Positions 61,020-64,000 of a DNA stretch of 64,000 nucleotides are shown here, one piece after another (within the stretch, counting starts at the first letter, position 1; every line of letters starts with the position of its first letter). Origin of the DNA: Sarea resinae (Eukaryota); assembly GCA_026026165.1 (NCBI GenBank), contig JAPEUD010000013.1:310001-374000 (forward strand), written 5' to 3'. The notes beneath the pieces are model-generated. The model had not been told where the DNA came from. It saw only the letters and a program-made list of their open reading frames with translations, and searched no databases. The position numbers and the translations under genes are program-made.

Positions 61020-63629
61020 TGCACCTAGTGATCTGTGATCTTTGAAGCTTGGGGTATGATGGAAAGCTCTGAACAGTCTGGAGCAGACGACACCGTCTCG
61101 ATACAGCGGACCGGTGAATGACGATGACGATGGCGATGTCGATGTCGATGCCGACGAGGATGTGGGACGTCAAAGAGATGGTGAATCCGAGAAGAGAGCA
61201 CGAGGAAGGAGAGCGAGGGATGGCAGGCGATGCAGTCTGCGCTTAGCTCGATCGGAAGGCCTTGGGATCAATTCTGGTCTATGGGAACAAGCCAGCGAGA
61301 TGTCTGCCTGTTGGTCGTTCGAGGGAGAGAATGAGAATGAGAAGGAATGGGGTCCAGGGATGGCCAACGTACCGAAGCGGACTATCGACTCAAACGGTTA
61401 CGATTTGCACTCGATTGGAGATGAAGAGGGAGCTGTCGCGAGGGAAGGGGAGGCGGATATTATTCTCCACAGATAATGAATGAAAGAGTGGAAAGAGTGG
61501 AGAGGCTTGATGGGCCGAATATCAGCCTTGGGTCTGATTCCTTCGACAAGGCCTTCGCGGAGGACGATGCTGTTTTATTTGATTCCGTGCTGGGCAAGGG
61601 AAAGAAAGATGAGGTGGGAGCTTAGTGGTTTGTTGCCGGGAGCGACAGATACATCAATGCCTCCAGTGTACGTCCGGAATACGTCTGCACGAAGTACGGC
61701 GGGCAATAAGAGTGATACCCGTGGACCCGTCGACCCGTCGACATCCAAGTCGTTTCCAGGTTCCTTTTCACAGCGCAATGTGCAGTGCAGTGCATCCGTC
61801 AACGTACTATGGAATGGCCACGAAGAGGGTGAAGCGGGTGCGATGCAATTCTGGTGCAGCAGACAAGCAGCAAACTAGTGCTGGATGATCGAGCTGGCCG
61901 CAAGGTTGAAGGGCTGGAGCAAGGAGAGCAGACGGCCAGGGAGATGCAACTAGCGACTCTCGCAGCTGCGCTCCGTCTGAACCAGGGAAAGCTCTTCCAT
62001 CTCGACGCCTCGACGCCTCCACGCCTCGACGCCTCACTACGACTCTCCTACGACGGTAAATGGTATCCGACCGTGCCTTGTGCACTCTGCAGCATCCATG
62101 GATGGGGACTGCGACATCTCGGGCACCGTACTTCAGAAGGTAGTCACCTCGAATGCATCGATATGGATGCATCCTCTGACTCGACCTTTATCGATCAAGA
62201 TCCATCTTCCACCTCAAGCACGGCGCCGAGAGGGTAGGGGCCTCGGGCAGGGAAGGGGGGCAATGCTCACCTACTGTAGTAAGGAAGTCATGGCGAGACA
62301 TGCTGATCAGCAATGGTAGCCCTGACGATAACAGAATACGAGATATCGTAGACGGACCATTGGTGTCCCATCTGACTATGACCATGTCTCCTCACCTCCA
62401 GGGCTGCTCACCTACTACTACGGAGTTGTATGTACTGCCGCAGTCCTGGCCCGCCGGCGGGAAGAAAAAAAGAAAGAAGGAAGGTGTTGATTCGATAAGA
62501 CCACTTCTGCGAGAGTACAGAGAGCACCGAGGACCCCTCGTTCGTCTAACGGTCCCCTTTCCCTTTAGCTTTCCCCTACTTCCCCTGCTTCCCCTACGTC
62601 CCCTACATAGTACTCGACCGACCACTACGACGCTCCTTGGTGTGCAACGAGATTGGCGCCGGTCGACGGGCTAGGATGATGGCGAACTAAGGGAAACCTA
62701 ATAAATTACCTTCTGATTGTCGTACATGATCTTCGACGGATGGAGGCCTTCCCACCTTCCCAAGCTCATTGGACGGCCGCGGGCATCAGAATATCTGATA
62801 AATCCGGCACACTGCGCGGCCCTGTCGCTGGCCGCCAGCAGTGGACACGTCCGAAGGTCTTTTCCGAGCTCAATCGCACTTGCACATGAGAGATGTCATT
62901 TCTCTCCGTCTTCCCAGTGTTTGCTGGACGCAACATACCTTACCTACCTGACCCAGGCCATACCGATCCAGCATCGCATGTCGTATTCTCGCATTACCAA
63001 TTTACCAAGCTGACCTGCACGTAAGGAGCACTATCACCGCGCAGCACCCGCATATTCGTGCATCCCGTCCCCTGGAGCGCGGGAACAAGCAAGGCGCTCT
63101 TCACGTGATTGATGGTTGGACCGACAGGCTGTCTGTGTACTATGTACCGTCAGGGAACCCAATCCAAACCCACGCCAAGGATGACGAAGGAACTTTCATC
63201 CCGTTCTATTTATTCTTCTGTCATCTTCCCGCACTGCAGTGTATTGCAGGGGTTGACAATTTGCCTTGTGCTCCCCAATTCCATCTCGTACAGTCCCATT
63301 TCGCCCCAGACGTTATCTACAATACTGCACTCTCGAGTCTCGACCCCTTCTGTGATTGACACATTATTACTTCGTACATCCCCGTCGTACGACAGCCTTC
63401 ATCCGTACATGTGGCGGCCATGTGCTTTCCTGGCAGACCCTGAGAGCTGTGAGCAGCCAATACTCATCATTCATGGCCTGAAAGCTGCTGCTGAAGGCTT
63501 GATTTGAGTGGCTCGTTAGCATCCACAGAACAATCATTCATGAGCATAGATGACGGCGGTGCAACGTCCAGGTAAACGAAGCCAGTGCCAGCGAACATAT
63601 GTATGGTCTACAAGGAGTATCGATCGCCT

Positions 63630-64000
63630 CTAGCTGTCCTTGTCCTCCTCTCCTTCCACATCGTCTTCGCCCTCATGCTCTACCTTTCGTCCGTTGACTC
63701 CTTTCTCAACCTCCGGTATTAAGCTGTCCATGTATTCCTTGTCCCTGCCGACAAGTGTGACGGTGTTCCTTGATTTGCCCCACCGAGGATAGCTTCCGAC
63801 CTTGATCCCGCGCGGCTCAACCTTTCCTGCCAATTCCGTCAGGTATTCAGCCACTTCGCTCTCTGCCAATGGGGTCGAAATCAGCAAACGGTAGACGCCT
63901 TTGCCCTCTGGATCGACCAGCCTAGGCAATAGAATCGGCTTGAGACCAGCTAGAAGCTGAGTGAATAGCCTGGGAACACCAGGCAGGATGTGGATATTGC
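63630..64000 (-). CDS. 3' end of a molybdopterin-binding/CinA-like domain protein (Fpy1-like), truncated by the window end
   Basis: The frame is open to the window edge and reads NIHILPGVPRLF...ESEVAEYL...IKVGSYPRWG...VTLVGRD. Confidence 0.75.
   Translation of the reverse strand, partial: NIHILPGVPRLFTQLLAGLKPILLPRLVDPEGKGVYRLLISTPLAESEVAEYLTELAGKVEPRGIKVGSYPRWGKSRNTVTLVGRDKEYMDSLIPEVEKGVNGRKVEHEGEDDVEGEEDKDS

Overview
Gene-dense euchromatic DNA from a filamentous ascomycete (Pezizomycotina-type introns with GT..AG ends and CTRAC branch points); the species cannot be named from sequence alone. I can support 17 protein-coding genes, most spliced by hand: the 3' end of an Arb1-like Argonaute chaperone, a Zta1-like quinone reductase, DDB1, an HGT1-like sugar porter, a PDK/BCKDK-family kinase, mitochondrial RNA polymerase Rpo41, an aldehyde dehydrogenase, a Zn2Cys6 transcription factor, a PIR-repeat cell-wall protein, a DUF92/TMEM19 protein, Egt1, a TPR-like hypothetical, a five-exon hypothetical with a hidden Cys/His finger, XlnR, a GILT-like thiol reductase, an atypical hexokinase, Ras1/RasA and the 3' end of a molybdopterin-binding (Fpy1-like) protein. 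I found no intact transposon, tRNA, rRNA, CRISPR array or secondary-metabolite cluster, and no clearly novel multi-gene system. The best leads are: (1) a 116-codon AUG-free in-frame extension upstream of the Zn2Cys6 factor, suggesting non-AUG initiation; (2) an unusual 8-ligand CCCHCHCC zinc-finger pattern that only appears after splicing through a 22-nt micro-exon; (3) a structured, apparently non-coding element at about 7.07-7.30 kb; (4) a RIP-like TpA-rich island; (5) a dense CreA-site cluster upstream of the sugar porter; (6) a recurrent intergenic TACGGAGTA motif. Gene names come from motif recognition, not database searches.
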